This document shows, in pieces, positions 20,092 through 30,312 of a DNA stretch of 64,000 nucleotides. Location of the stretch: contig CAWHEP010000004.1 of the NCBI GenBank assembly GCA_963828525.1, forward strand, positions 128,001 through 192,000, given 5' to 3'. The position numbers and the translations under genes are program-made. The notes beneath the pieces were generated by a model. It worked only from the letters and a program-made list of their open reading frames with translations. It did no database searches and had not been told where the DNA came from. The DNA comes from an uncultured Verrucomicrobiae bacterium (GTDB lineage: Bacteria; Verrucomicrobiota; Verrucomicrobiia; Chthoniobacterales; Chthoniobacteraceae). The first letter of the stretch is position 1. The number at the start of each line of letters is the position of its first letter.

Positions 20092-21603
20092 CTAAAACTT
20101 CCTGCGAAGTTCAAGGCGAACGCCGAAAGAATTCTGAGCCTGATCGCGATCCACGAAAATGATGTCCGAGCGGAGAATCCACGCGTTGTTGAGCGGCAGT
20201 TGATACCTTGCTCCGAGGCCGAATTCCGAACCTTTAGCCGTGCGATGCGTGGCATCTCCGAAGGTGTTCAAGCCACTCATTTCAAGGACGATCTGCTGAT
20301 CGATATTGAACAGGTATTCTATTCCAAGCGCTCCTCCGTACGTGTTGTGGCCGGTATCGTCCAGTTTCGGGAACCCGGTGAGGCCATCCGTCTCAAAGGT
20401 GATCCCGGTGTTGATCAGGACGCCGCCCGTTCCATTTCCACGAGCGAGGGATTGAGGTGTATCGAACCCGGCGAACAGGTTGAGATAGGGCACCAGCGTC
20501 AGGGGCAGGGGAGTAATGAGGGAGTTTTCCAGAATTATCAGCCCGCCGTTTGCAGTCCTGGTTTGGCCTGGGTCCGGATTCTGACCGAAGTTATAGATCA
20601 CGCGCACGGAATTGGAAATCGTGTCGAAATAGCGGCGGGTAAATGCCAGCGAGATATTGCTGTAGCTGAGATCGGCAAACCTATCACGGCCAAGAGTATA
20701 ACCGTAGCCAAACTCCCAATAGCCGCGGTTGGCTTCGATGAAGGCCGCTACTCCAAAAACGCTGGCGTCATCGTTGTCCGGTATCGCCGGCGTATCCACA
20801 TGGTCAAACCCCGCGAAAAACGTGATATCCATGTTTGAGATGTCCAAATGTGGACTGTTGCGCGCGGGGATGGTGATGGCGAACCCGTCGAAAGCATCCT
20901 CAAGCCATACGCCGTTCTGAGTGATCAGGGGGATCAGGCCGAACGTGAAAGGAATATCGAGCTTGTTTTCTCTCCCGGTCACGCCCGCTGCGATCCGGGC
21001 GAGGTCGCCTTCGAAAAACAGCGATCCGGGGATTCCATTGGTCACAAATTGAGAATGCTGATTTTTACCGGCGAATTCATACCTGGTAAATACGCCGTTC
21101 TGATCCTGAGGAGTGAAGAATGCGTGGATGCGTTCCGTCGCCGTAATGCGCAGGTCAACGTCCATGTTCAGCTTTGTAGCGAGCACGCCGCGTTCAACTC
21201 CGCCGTTGTCGTTGTACGCGACTGCCGTTCTCCAGTCTCCGTAGGCGAGCAGTTGAGGGAATACCAGATTTCTGCTGCCAAAGAGATTTATGCCCGGTGG
21301 TATTGGCCCCGCTTCATAAAGCTGCTTGCCCAATTCGATCGCCGGCCTTGCGGTTCTATCGGGGTGTTTGGCGCCGTAGGTGTCGAGGTTTGACTCAGCG
21401 TCGTAGGCGCTCGCGTACTGCGGATCGGGCTTGAACAGGCTGTCATCATTGGCGACAAGATGCGCCAGCGTGTCCACAGTAGGACCAGTCTCTTGCGTCC
21501 CACCCCCGCGTTCATGCGCGGGAAGGTAATCGGTGTCCGCTCCGGATGAGAATGCGGTGGCGGATAGCAGAGCGAGAGCGACGGGAAGAATGTAAGCCTT
21601 CAA
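20092..21603 (-). CDS. Putative outer-membrane beta-barrel protein
   Basis: Signal peptide, alternating aromatic/hydrophobic strands (YWEFGYGYTLG, FGLGARYQLPL), C-terminal Phe (LELRRKF). Barrel fold is inferred. Confidence 0.65.
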   Translation of the reverse strand: MKAYILPVALALLSATAFSSGADTDYLPAHERGGGTQETGPTVDTLAHLVANDDSLFKPDPQYASAYDAESNLDTYGAKHPDRTARPAIELGKQLYEAGPIPPGINLFGSRNLVFPQLLAYGDWRTAVAYNDNGGVERGVLATKLNMDVDLRITATERIHAFFTPQDQNGVFTRYEFAGKNQHSQFVTNGIPGSLFFEGDLARIAAGVTGRENKLDIPFTFGLIPLITQNGVWLEDAFDGFAITIPARNSPHLDISNMDITFFAGFDHVDTPAIPDNDDASVFGVAAFIEANRGYWEFGYGYTLGRDRFADLSYSNISLAFTRRYFDTISNSVRVIYNFGQNPDPGQTRTANGGLIILENSLITPLPLTLVPYLNLFAGFDTPQSLARGNGTGGVLINTGITFETDGLTGFPKLDDTGHNTYGGALGIEYLFNIDQQIVLEMSGLNTFGDATHRTAKGSEFGLGARYQLPLNNAWILRSDIIFVDRDQAQNSFGVRLELRRKF

Positions 21604-21620
21604 AGGAGATGGGGTAGGTG

Positions 21621-23777
21621 CTATTTCGCCGGTACTTGGAATGCCACTGTGTATGCGTGCAAATCAATCATCCATTCGTTCATCGCCTGATCCATCTCTT
21701 TGGTGGAGCCAATGAAATCCATGAAATAGATGGGCTCGGCGCGGCTCCTCACCCGAATGGCAAGTTTGTAGTTGCCGGGCTGCTTGAGGAGTGAAGCAGG
21801 AACAGAGTATGTCGCATTCCGGGTGGCGAATGGCGGCACGCTGCGGCCTTCCATGCGGATGAACGGGGGATGGTTCAACACGGTTGTTGGAACCCCCGGG
21901 GGCCGAATAAACGGAATCTGGTCAATATCTATATTTACGGGCAGATACATCTCCCGATCCGTGCCCTTCACATTCGTTGTGAGAAACTTGGTTTGCAGGT
22001 TCACCAACTGGCGATCGTCGGCGATCTTGCCGGTGCGGACATCTCGTGAATGCAGGTCGCACATGTCGCCGTGACTGTCCGTGTAGCCTGACTCCCAGAG
22101 GCGTTTTCCCTGAGGCCCAATTAGAGCAACATCGAGCCAGATTTCGGGCTGAGCTCCAAGAGAGCCGGAGGGCAGGTTGTGTCCAGGATTTATGTTGGTG
22201 AACTTGTAAGTGAACTTCAACGGCTTGCCTGCCTCCGGGGGTGCGCTGAAGAAGGGCCCGTTCAGGCGGGACCCGTTCTGCATGACCTGCAATCGGAGTT
22301 TCTTCTTTTCGTTCAGCATCTGAAGGTTCTCCTTCACGATCTCCGCGGCAGTGGTCCGGTCATCCGCGTTGTCCCAAACATCGGGAAATTTGTAGCCCTT
22401 CGGATTTTTCGCGACCTTGTTTTCGAACTCCTCGGTGCCCCAACCAGCTCGGTAATCGAACTTCAACCAGCTTTGCAGGGCAAATTGGGCGGACTTTGGA
22501 TTGTGCGGGAAGAGGCCCGGGTGCGCGGTGGGGTAACCTGGGCCGTAGAATGCGTGATTGGCGTGTTTGTGTCCGGGATTTATTGGAATCCCTCCGACGA
22601 TAGCGGCAGAGCTAATGGCATATCCCGTGGCGAGGCCAGGGTCTTTGCCCATGTGGCAATCCTGGCACTGCGTTCCCTTCAGCAAGGCGGGCGAGGAACG
22701 GAACTGATCCCAGACAACTTCGAGCTTGATGCCAGGGTGAACCGAAACCTGATGGCAGGAGACGCAAAATTCGGAAGTAGAGATGGTGCTAAACTTTATG
22801 CCCGCGCGGTGAATTGCCACTCCGGGTCCCACTTCGCTGTCGCTTGTTTTTACGTGGTAGGTGTCCTTGTTTTTTATGACACCTGCCACACCAGAACCGC
22901 TCCTCGAGCCATACATTGGCTGGTAGATATCGCCCGTGAGCATGTGCCGGTCGCCGTTAACCTTCGTGTAGTTTTCATCTACGCGATGACAGGTGATGCA
23001 TGTCACACCTTCGCGCGAAACCGTCGCTCTTTTCCACAACGGATCCTCCCGCTTTTCGCGCAGGGAAGTGCCCACCGCGGAATGGCATCGCATGCAGAAG
23101 TAATCCACGGTGCCTTGTGAGAGATCATTGATTTTCTGCTCGAAACGATGAAACACCGGCGAGATCGAGGCGTAAGCATGGTTGGACGAACGCCATTCAT
23201 TGTAGATCTGTTGATGACACGTCGCGCAATCTGAAGCGCTGGGATACTGGCTCTTTGCGAATACTTCTCTATGAGGATCGATTTCAAGGCTTGGCGGCTT
23301 GGGCGGGGGAGGGGGTAAAGGCGCTTCCGACGGGGGCGGCGCGGAGGAAGGCGTGATCGGTCCAGGTGAGAGTAGATCATCCGAAGGCTTGCTCTGGCTC
23401 GGGGTGGATGGCAGCAGGAGATCATCTTCCGCCGGTTTCTTGGCGGGCATGCTCGCGCCCCCGGCGGGCGGTGTCTTATCATCAATCAATAAATCGTCGC
23501 CTCCTTTGGCCGGAGAAGCCGGTGCCGCGCCCGCGGGAGGTTTTGCGGCGGGGGCTGGCTTCTCGTCCAAGAGCAAGTCGTCGCCTCCCTTCGCTGGCGC
23601 GGGGGAAGCTTGCGCCAGTTCCATTAAGCTGCGCAGATCGTTCCGGTTTGTTCCAGAGCTGTCACCGCCGCTGGGCTGGTTGGCCGAAGCAGTCTGCCAA
23701 GCCAGATGGAAAGCGCAAAAAACGAGAGCGCCTGCCAGAACTTTTTTCACTTTGTTTTGTTCGATGGGGGAGGGCAA
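21621..23777 (-). CDS. Exported pentaheme c-type cytochrome (c554/c552-like heme domain)
   Basis: Five CxxCH: CATCH, CMRCH, CITCH, CVSCH, CQDCH; signal peptide; Pro/Asp-rich linker; ~200 aa non-heme C-terminal domain. Start TTG 23777 or GTG 23750. Confidence 0.9.
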   Translation of the reverse strand: MPSPIEQNKVKKVLAGALVFCAFHLAWQTASANQPSGGDSSGTNRNDLRSLMELAQASPAPAKGGDDLLLDEKPAPAAKPPAGAAPASPAKGGDDLLIDDKTPPAGGASMPAKKPAEDDLLLPSTPSQSKPSDDLLSPGPITPSSAPPPSEAPLPPPPPKPPSLEIDPHREVFAKSQYPSASDCATCHQQIYNEWRSSNHAYASISPVFHRFEQKINDLSQGTVDYFCMRCHSAVGTSLREKREDPLWKRATVSREGVTCITCHRVDENYTKVNGDRHMLTGDIYQPMYGSRSGSGVAGVIKNKDTYHVKTSDSEVGPGVAIHRAGIKFSTISTSEFCVSCHQVSVHPGIKLEVVWDQFRSSPALLKGTQCQDCHMGKDPGLATGYAISSAAIVGGIPINPGHKHANHAFYGPGYPTAHPGLFPHNPKSAQFALQSWLKFDYRAGWGTEEFENKVAKNPKGYKFPDVWDNADDRTTAAEIVKENLQMLNEKKKLRLQVMQNGSRLNGPFFSAPPEAGKPLKFTYKFTNINPGHNLPSGSLGAQPEIWLDVALIGPQGKRLWESGYTDSHGDMCDLHSRDVRTGKIADDRQLVNLQTKFLTTNVKGTDREMYLPVNIDIDQIPFIRPPGVPTTVLNHPPFIRMEGRSVPPFATRNATYSVPASLLKQPGNYKLAIRVRSRAEPIYFMDFIGSTKEMDQAMNEWMIDLHAYTVAFQVPAK

Positions 23778-23856
23778 TTTTTTCTATCGGTTCGGATCAC
23801 CCTCAACGGTCTTGCAGGCACATCGAGAGTGGACGGGCTTTGTTTATTTCTATTTC

Positions 23857-23870
23857 TTGTCAAACGTCAA
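23857..23870. promoter_or_regulatory. FNR/CRP-family-like operator
   Basis: TTGTC-aaac-GTCAA, one mismatch from the palindrome TTGAC-N4-GTCAA, ~80 bp upstream of the cytochrome operon. Confidence 0.4.
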
Positions 23871-23962
23871 GCATCTTCTTGGATGTTGAAGCTGGCGAGT
23901 CGCAGAACCGCAGCCCAAGCATTCTTTTGTTGCTGCTTGCCTTCGGCCATGTTGACGAGCCT

Positions 23963-26900
23963 CTACTTTAAGGACTCCGTCTCTTTAAGCAGTTGCTTGA
24001 TCTCTCCGCCGCTCAGTGCTCCGCGGCGAATCGTGAAATCTTTGACGCTTCCCGCGAACGCGTGCTGATGATCCCACGGGTCCATCGCGCCAACGCTTGC
24101 GACTGCTTCGGCGTCCTTCGCAAAACCCGTCTTCTCCTTGCCAATCGGAGAAGCATCCTTGTAGATGGTTAAATTCTCTCCGTCATAGGTAGCCGTGAGC
24201 ATCTGCCAGCGGCCGGTATCGATGGGCGAGTTCGTTTTGAGGTTCTTGCCTCCTGACCAAAATTCGATGCCGGAGGGGAAGACAGCCAGGTAACGGACTG
24301 CCGCGCCCTTGCCCTTCTCTTCTTTCGGGGCGCCGAACCCAGCGAGCACGACACGATGTTGAGGCTTGGCATCGGTCTTCACGAGCAGGTTTATAGTCCA
24401 GGCATCCCGCGCAAGGACTGGCAGCCCAGGGGCGGGCACAGTGACGGCTCCGGCGGGCAAGGCCGCCGAATTCAAGACGTAGGCAATGTTGCCGGCGTTG
24501 AAAGACACGGTAAGGGGCTGAATCAAGTTGCCGGCCGGCGAAGCGTCTTTGATTCCACGGAGAGAAACGTTGTAGCTGACCCCGGGCCTGAGCGGACCGC
24601 CGAATTTCAGCGTAACGCCGCAGGCGTCAGGGGAGGGCGTGATCTTATCTACGGCTACCTGCGGCTGGACCACGTAATTTGCCGAATCGCGACTCGCGCT
24701 GGCCTGGAGAGGCTCGGAGAAAACAAGGGTGAGGTTATTCCCCTTGTCCGTCTGGCAGCTAATCAGTGTCGGCGGAGTGGTGTCATGGATGTTAACTACG
24801 CCACGAGTGATCGGGCCAGCAGCTCCCGCCGCGGTGATCTGCCGGGTAGCAACGTTTGCGGTAGACCAGGCATAGAAAGGCCCGGAATATGTTGGCGAAG
24901 CCGCCGTCGGGTCGCTGCCGTCCAGCGTGTAATGAAGGTCATCTGGCTGATGGTAAAGGGATGGCAGCAGGCTGATCTTTGTGGCATCGGAGAAGGTAAG
25001 ATGGTCCTGCAGGATGATGGGAGATCCGTTCGTCGCGCGATCTTCTAACGTGTCATAGAGAGGCGCGGCGGGCGGAGTTGCCGGGGGTTCGTTGCTGACG
25101 CTCACCGCAAACACGCGGATTTTCGGGTTGTTAGGCAGCGCGATCGTCCGAGCGCCGCTCGACAGGTCGTAAGTAAACTGAAACAGGTAGGAGTATTTGT
25201 AGTAGGCGTCTCCCTGTGTTGAGTTGTGGTGGGTGGCAAACCACGCAACCGGCGCTCGCTTGATAAAGCCCGCGGCAAGTCCGATCGGGAGACCTTTGGG
25301 TACTATGCCCGCAAAATTTGAAGGATCCCAGAGGCGGTTATCCCATTGGCCGATATACCCCGTCCAGTTTGGCACGATGAATGGCTGCTCTGCCTCGCCG
25401 ATCTTGATCCTGGCAATCTCGTCGCCGTCGGCGGCCGCGAGCAGGTGTACGCGATTGAATTGACCCCCGGGCAATCCAAGGCTCTGACCGTGGGCGATCA
25501 CCGCGTTCTTCGCGCCGTCGGAAGACGATCCCAAATGAAAAATCACTCCTTCGCGAACCACCTGCGCTGGAAACATCTCCGCAGGGTAGGCATCCCCATC
25601 CGCATTCATCGCGCCATCCGTTTTTTTCCCTCGCGAGCTGACTACGTCGATATCGTAAGCCAAAGGCACAACCTGGCTCGTAATGGTCGGGGTGGCAGCG
25701 GAGGGAGGCGGAAGGGTAATCGCGAATGCCCGCAAAGCGAAGCCTCTGATGTCAAAAGCAAGGGTGCCGTCACTGGCGACAGTAGCGCTGCCTATGGGAT
25801 GTTCTTGGGCGTCAATCTCACGCGCAGAAGTGATGGGCGTGGCGAACCGGAGCCGCAGGTTGGTTGCCGGTTTGCCGGCAAGTTCTTTCACTCGGACTAC
25901 GATCTCATGCGAGTCCTCTGCCTGCTTGACAGCCATGATCTGGACTTGGTCGCTGTTGACAGAAAGCATCGAGAACTCTTTTCCCAGTCGCCCGGGGTGC
26001 TGGTCGGGAAGAAATGTCCGTAGTGGTTGATTTAAGCGGGCCGCCTGTGATGGCGCGCGCCCTTGCATCCACCCTCCTTGGTGCGCCGCGAGAGCGTAAA
26101 GAATCTCATGGCGACCTTGATCCTGCGTTCCCTGGATCGCCCAACGATTCTTTACCCCTGGAGTAAAAATCAAGGTGAGGCGCAAGGTTCGATCATCGGG
26201 CTTGTCGCACCCGTATTTGGAATCGTTGAGTATGGAAACACCAAATCCGCCGCCGCTGTCCGTGAGGTCCATCCATTGCTGCTGAGGAAATTCGAAGCAT
26301 TTTGAGCTGTCGTTTCCGCGCTGCACGAATCCGACCTTGTCGTCAAAAGCAGCCTCCGGGTTTGAGGCTGCGAGGGGGAAGTCCGCCTTGAGTGTCGCGG
26401 CGAAAGAGCGCCAGTCGATATGATCCAGAATCTCGACACGGTCTCCCGCGCTGCCTGCCGCCAACCGGACGATCTGAGTAATCGTGGAGTTTTCCGTGAC
26501 CCGTTCCACTTCCAGCGCCACGCGGGCGGGGCCATTCTCCGCGATGCGAAATTTCGCGGGTCCGCTGACATAGCCACGCGCGGGTTTTTGCCGGTCAGCC
26601 CAGTTCATCTCCCACGCGGGGTAAGCAAAGGAATTTTCAGTATGGAATGAGAGTCGAGATGGAGCGGACAGCATTTCGCGCTTCAGCGCTTTGTCGTAAA
26701 CAGACGCGATGTCGCCCGCCGCATTAAGGCTTACACGGTAGCGGGCATTCTCCAGCGAATTGGAAGTGACGCTCAAGGCGCCTTGAGGCGTTGCGCCCGT
26801 CGATGGTCGCAGGTCATAGATCGCGTATCCGAAAGAGGGAGCCTTCGCCAGGAAAAGGACACGGACCCCGGATCCGTTACGCTCAAGGATTTGCGTCGGG

Positions 26901-28267
26901 ACCGCGTTTCCTTCACGATCGAAGGCGGTGAAGTCGACTGCTCCGCTGCCAGCGTATGGTATCGTGGCCTCAACAGGATCTTCGCGCTCGAAAGCCAGCG
27001 CGTTGTACACAGCGACCGGGGTTCCTTTAGCGCTTGTATCGAGGTTCGAAATAACCGCCGCGCTGGCGTGTTCGGTGACGGAAGCAAACTGATTTAAAGC
27101 CAGAACTTCATCGTTCCATGAATATTCGTAGGCTTTTGGGACGCTGGTGCCCGGCATGATGTCGTGCATTTGAGAGCCGAGAACGAGATCCCAGCCCCGG
27201 TAGAGCGGATCGTATGGGTAGGCAAAAGCGCCCAACCACGCGGCCATGGTTGCCGCCCCTTCGGCGGCGGCGGCGAGTTGTTCATTTTTGCGATTCCATC
27301 GCTTCATATAGGCCTCGGAAGATATTGATCCCGCCGAATGGTTTACCAGGAGCATATCTCCCTTGTATGTGGGAAGCCGCGCCATCTGCGCGGGCGTAAT
27401 GTCTCGCGAAAGCTGGTCGGAGCTCCCTTCAATCACCCGCAGTGGGCCGCTTCCGGTTACGGCCTTCTCCACCCACTTCACGGAAGCTTCCCGTGGCGAC
27501 CCCCCTTGATCGCCGATGCCGAAATACTTGTAGTCTGCAAACACTCCAGACTTGGCGCCGTCAGCCTCGATCCGGTGCTGCCACATCTCACTCTGACTAA
27601 GGTCTTCAGCGACTTGATCGCCATAAGGTCCGGGATTCAACCCTGCGAGGACGGATGAGCCATCAGGGCCGATCCAAAGGCCGATGTTGAAGGGAATGCC
27701 AACCGCTGAGCCCCAGCTAAGCTTCGCCGTCGAAAAAAACTTCACGCCTCCATGGGCGAGAACGGTTGGTAACGACGCGGGAAAGCCAAAGCAATCCGGC
27801 AGCAGATAATCCTGGCTATATTTCCCGAATTCACGCTGGAAGAAGTGGTTTCCGTAAAGGAGATGACGTGTAATGGATTCCAGAGATGGAATGTTCGTGT
27901 CGTTTTCATCCACCGACGACCCCGCCGGAATCCATCGTCCCTCGGCCACATACTTCTTAACCTTCTCATACTCCTGCGGGTAGTATTCCTTCATCAGCTC
28001 ATACCGCCGCGACCCTGTGAAGTTGAAGGTGTAGTTCGGGTATTTTGCGAAGAGCAGAAAGTTCTGCTCCATCGTGTTCCAGAGGTCATTCTGGATTGTT
28101 TCCACGTATGTCCAGTTCCACTGAGTGTCGAGATGCGCATAACCCACCACGTAAAGGTTCTTGTCGTGGACCAGATCGGCCGGTTTACCCGCCCGCTTTT
28201 GTTGCTCCTCGGCATGGAGCGGCGCGAACGCGAGGACGGCGATGACTAGGAAAAGGAGGGGATTCAT
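23963..28267 (-). CDS. Secreted GH38 alpha-mannosidase with Fn3/chitobiase-like, Ig-like and LamG-like C-terminal modules
   Basis: GYAHLDTQWNW, LPDCFGF, GIGDQGG, QMHDIMPG; HYTLDGSDPT; LVFSEPL; WQMLTATYDG. Confidence 0.92.
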   Translation of the reverse strand: MNPLLFLVIAVLAFAPLHAEEQQKRAGKPADLVHDKNLYVVGYAHLDTQWNWTYVETIQNDLWNTMEQNFLLFAKYPNYTFNFTGSRRYELMKEYYPQEYEKVKKYVAEGRWIPAGSSVDENDTNIPSLESITRHLLYGNHFFQREFGKYSQDYLLPDCFGFPASLPTVLAHGGVKFFSTAKLSWGSAVGIPFNIGLWIGPDGSSVLAGLNPGPYGDQVAEDLSQSEMWQHRIEADGAKSGVFADYKYFGIGDQGGSPREASVKWVEKAVTGSGPLRVIEGSSDQLSRDITPAQMARLPTYKGDMLLVNHSAGSISSEAYMKRWNRKNEQLAAAAEGAATMAAWLGAFAYPYDPLYRGWDLVLGSQMHDIMPGTSVPKAYEYSWNDEVLALNQFASVTEHASAAVISNLDTSAKGTPVAVYNALAFEREDPVEATIPYAGSGAVDFTAFDREGNAVPTQILERNGSGVRVLFLAKAPSFGYAIYDLRPSTGATPQGALSVTSNSLENARYRVSLNAAGDIASVYDKALKREMLSAPSRLSFHTENSFAYPAWEMNWADRQKPARGYVSGPAKFRIAENGPARVALEVERVTENSTITQIVRLAAGSAGDRVEILDHIDWRSFAATLKADFPLAASNPEAAFDDKVGFVQRGNDSSKCFEFPQQQWMDLTDSGGGFGVSILNDSKYGCDKPDDRTLRLTLIFTPGVKNRWAIQGTQDQGRHEILYALAAHQGGWMQGRAPSQAARLNQPLRTFLPDQHPGRLGKEFSMLSVNSDQVQIMAVKQAEDSHEIVVRVKELAGKPATNLRLRFATPITSAREIDAQEHPIGSATVASDGTLAFDIRGFALRAFAITLPPPSAATPTITSQVVPLAYDIDVVSSRGKKTDGAMNADGDAYPAEMFPAQVVREGVIFHLGSSSDGAKNAVIAHGQSLGLPGGQFNRVHLLAAADGDEIARIKIGEAEQPFIVPNWTGYIGQWDNRLWDPSNFAGIVPKGLPIGLAAGFIKRAPVAWFATHHNSTQGDAYYKYSYLFQFTYDLSSGARTIALPNNPKIRVFAVSVSNEPPATPPAAPLYDTLEDRATNGSPIILQDHLTFSDATKISLLPSLYHQPDDLHYTLDGSDPTAASPTYSGPFYAWSTANVATRQITAAGAAGPITRGVVNIHDTTPPTLISCQTDKGNNLTLVFSEPLQASASRDSANYVVQPQVAVDKITPSPDACGVTLKFGGPLRPGVSYNVSLRGIKDASPAGNLIQPLTVSFNAGNIAYVLNSAALPAGAVTVPAPGLPVLARDAWTINLLVKTDAKPQHRVVLAGFGAPKEEKGKGAAVRYLAVFPSGIEFWSGGKNLKTNSPIDTGRWQMLTATYDGENLTIYKDASPIGKEKTGFAKDAEAVASVGAMDPWDHQHAFAGSVKDFTIRRGALSGGEIKQLLKETESLK

Positions 28268-28297
28268 TCTGGGGGGGTATTGGGAAGACCGACGTTA

Positions 28298-29381
<1,084 letters not shown>

Positions 29382-29457
29382 CCATTTAATCTGAACTAAA
29401 CGCTCATGCTGGCGCAACTTCCGCGCCGGAATCCCGCGTTAACGAAAACTTCTATTT

Positions 29458-30312
29458 ATGAATTTCTTCATCCAGATACTTATCCTGGCGATAGTGCAGG
29501 GCGCTTGCGAACTGCTCCCGGTTTCAAGTTCCGCTCATGTCATTGTGGCGGAAAAGCTGATGGGATTGGACCCCTCGACTCCGGCGATGACTTTTCTTCT
29601 GGTGCTCTTGCATACCGGGACAATGTTTGCCGTGATCGTTTATTTTTGGAAGGCGTGGCGAGCCCATTATTTCTCTTCAGCCGCGGCATTCCAGGAGACG
29701 TTGAAACTGGTGGCGGCCGCTACAGTGATCACCGTGATGGTAGGCGGGATCGCAAAGGAGGCTATCGAGAAGGTGGGCATGAAGGGGGTTCCGCATGCTG
29801 AAATCGAAAGTCTTTTCTCCAATTTGCTTTTGGTGGGTGTGGCGCTCTTTGCGGTGGGCATCCTCATTCTGATGGCCGGCGCGGCAGAACGACGAGGCTC
29901 GCGTGGCGCGGAGTTGGGATTGCGCGAGTCGTGCTGGATCGGCGCCGTGCAGGGTCTATGCCTTCCGTTTAGAGGCTTTTCACGCTCCGGCGCCACCATT
30001 TCCACGGGTCTTCTTCTCGGTTCGCCCAAGCAGAAACTGGAAGAGTTCAGCTTCGCCCTCGCTGTCGTGTTGACGCCGCTCGTGATAGGCGCCGAAGCCA
30101 TGAGACTGCGCAAGGCCACCGCTGGTGGCGCGTCTGGCGTATTGGATCTCGTGAAGCCCGGTTTGGTCGGAATGGTATTTAGCTTCGTTGCGGGACTGCT
30201 CGCGCTGCGGCTTCTTTCTCGCTTCCTTGAAGGTGGTCGATGGCAGCTTTTTGGTTATTACTGCATCGTGGCTTCAGGCGTCGTTCTCTTCCTCCACTTT
30301 CGTGGATTCTAA
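29458..30312 (+). CDS. uppP: Undecaprenyl-diphosphate phosphatase
   Basis: VQGACELLPVSSSAH, LHTGT, GFSRSGATI. Confidence 0.92.
   Translation: MNFFIQILILAIVQGACELLPVSSSAHVIVAEKLMGLDPSTPAMTFLLVLLHTGTMFAVIVYFWKAWRAHYFSSAAAFQETLKLVAAATVITVMVGGIAKEAIEKVGMKGVPHAEIESLFSNLLLVGVALFAVGILILMAGAAERRGSRGAELGLRESCWIGAVQGLCLPFRGFSRSGATISTGLLLGSPKQKLEEFSFALAVVLTPLVIGAEAMRLRKATAGGASGVLDLVKPGLVGMVFSFVAGLLALRLLSRFLEGGRWQLFGYYCIVASGVVLFLHFRGF

Noticed and set aside
19765..20838. 357-aa plus-strand ORF
   Set aside because: Antisense to the reductase and barrel genes; typical high-GC shadow ORF.
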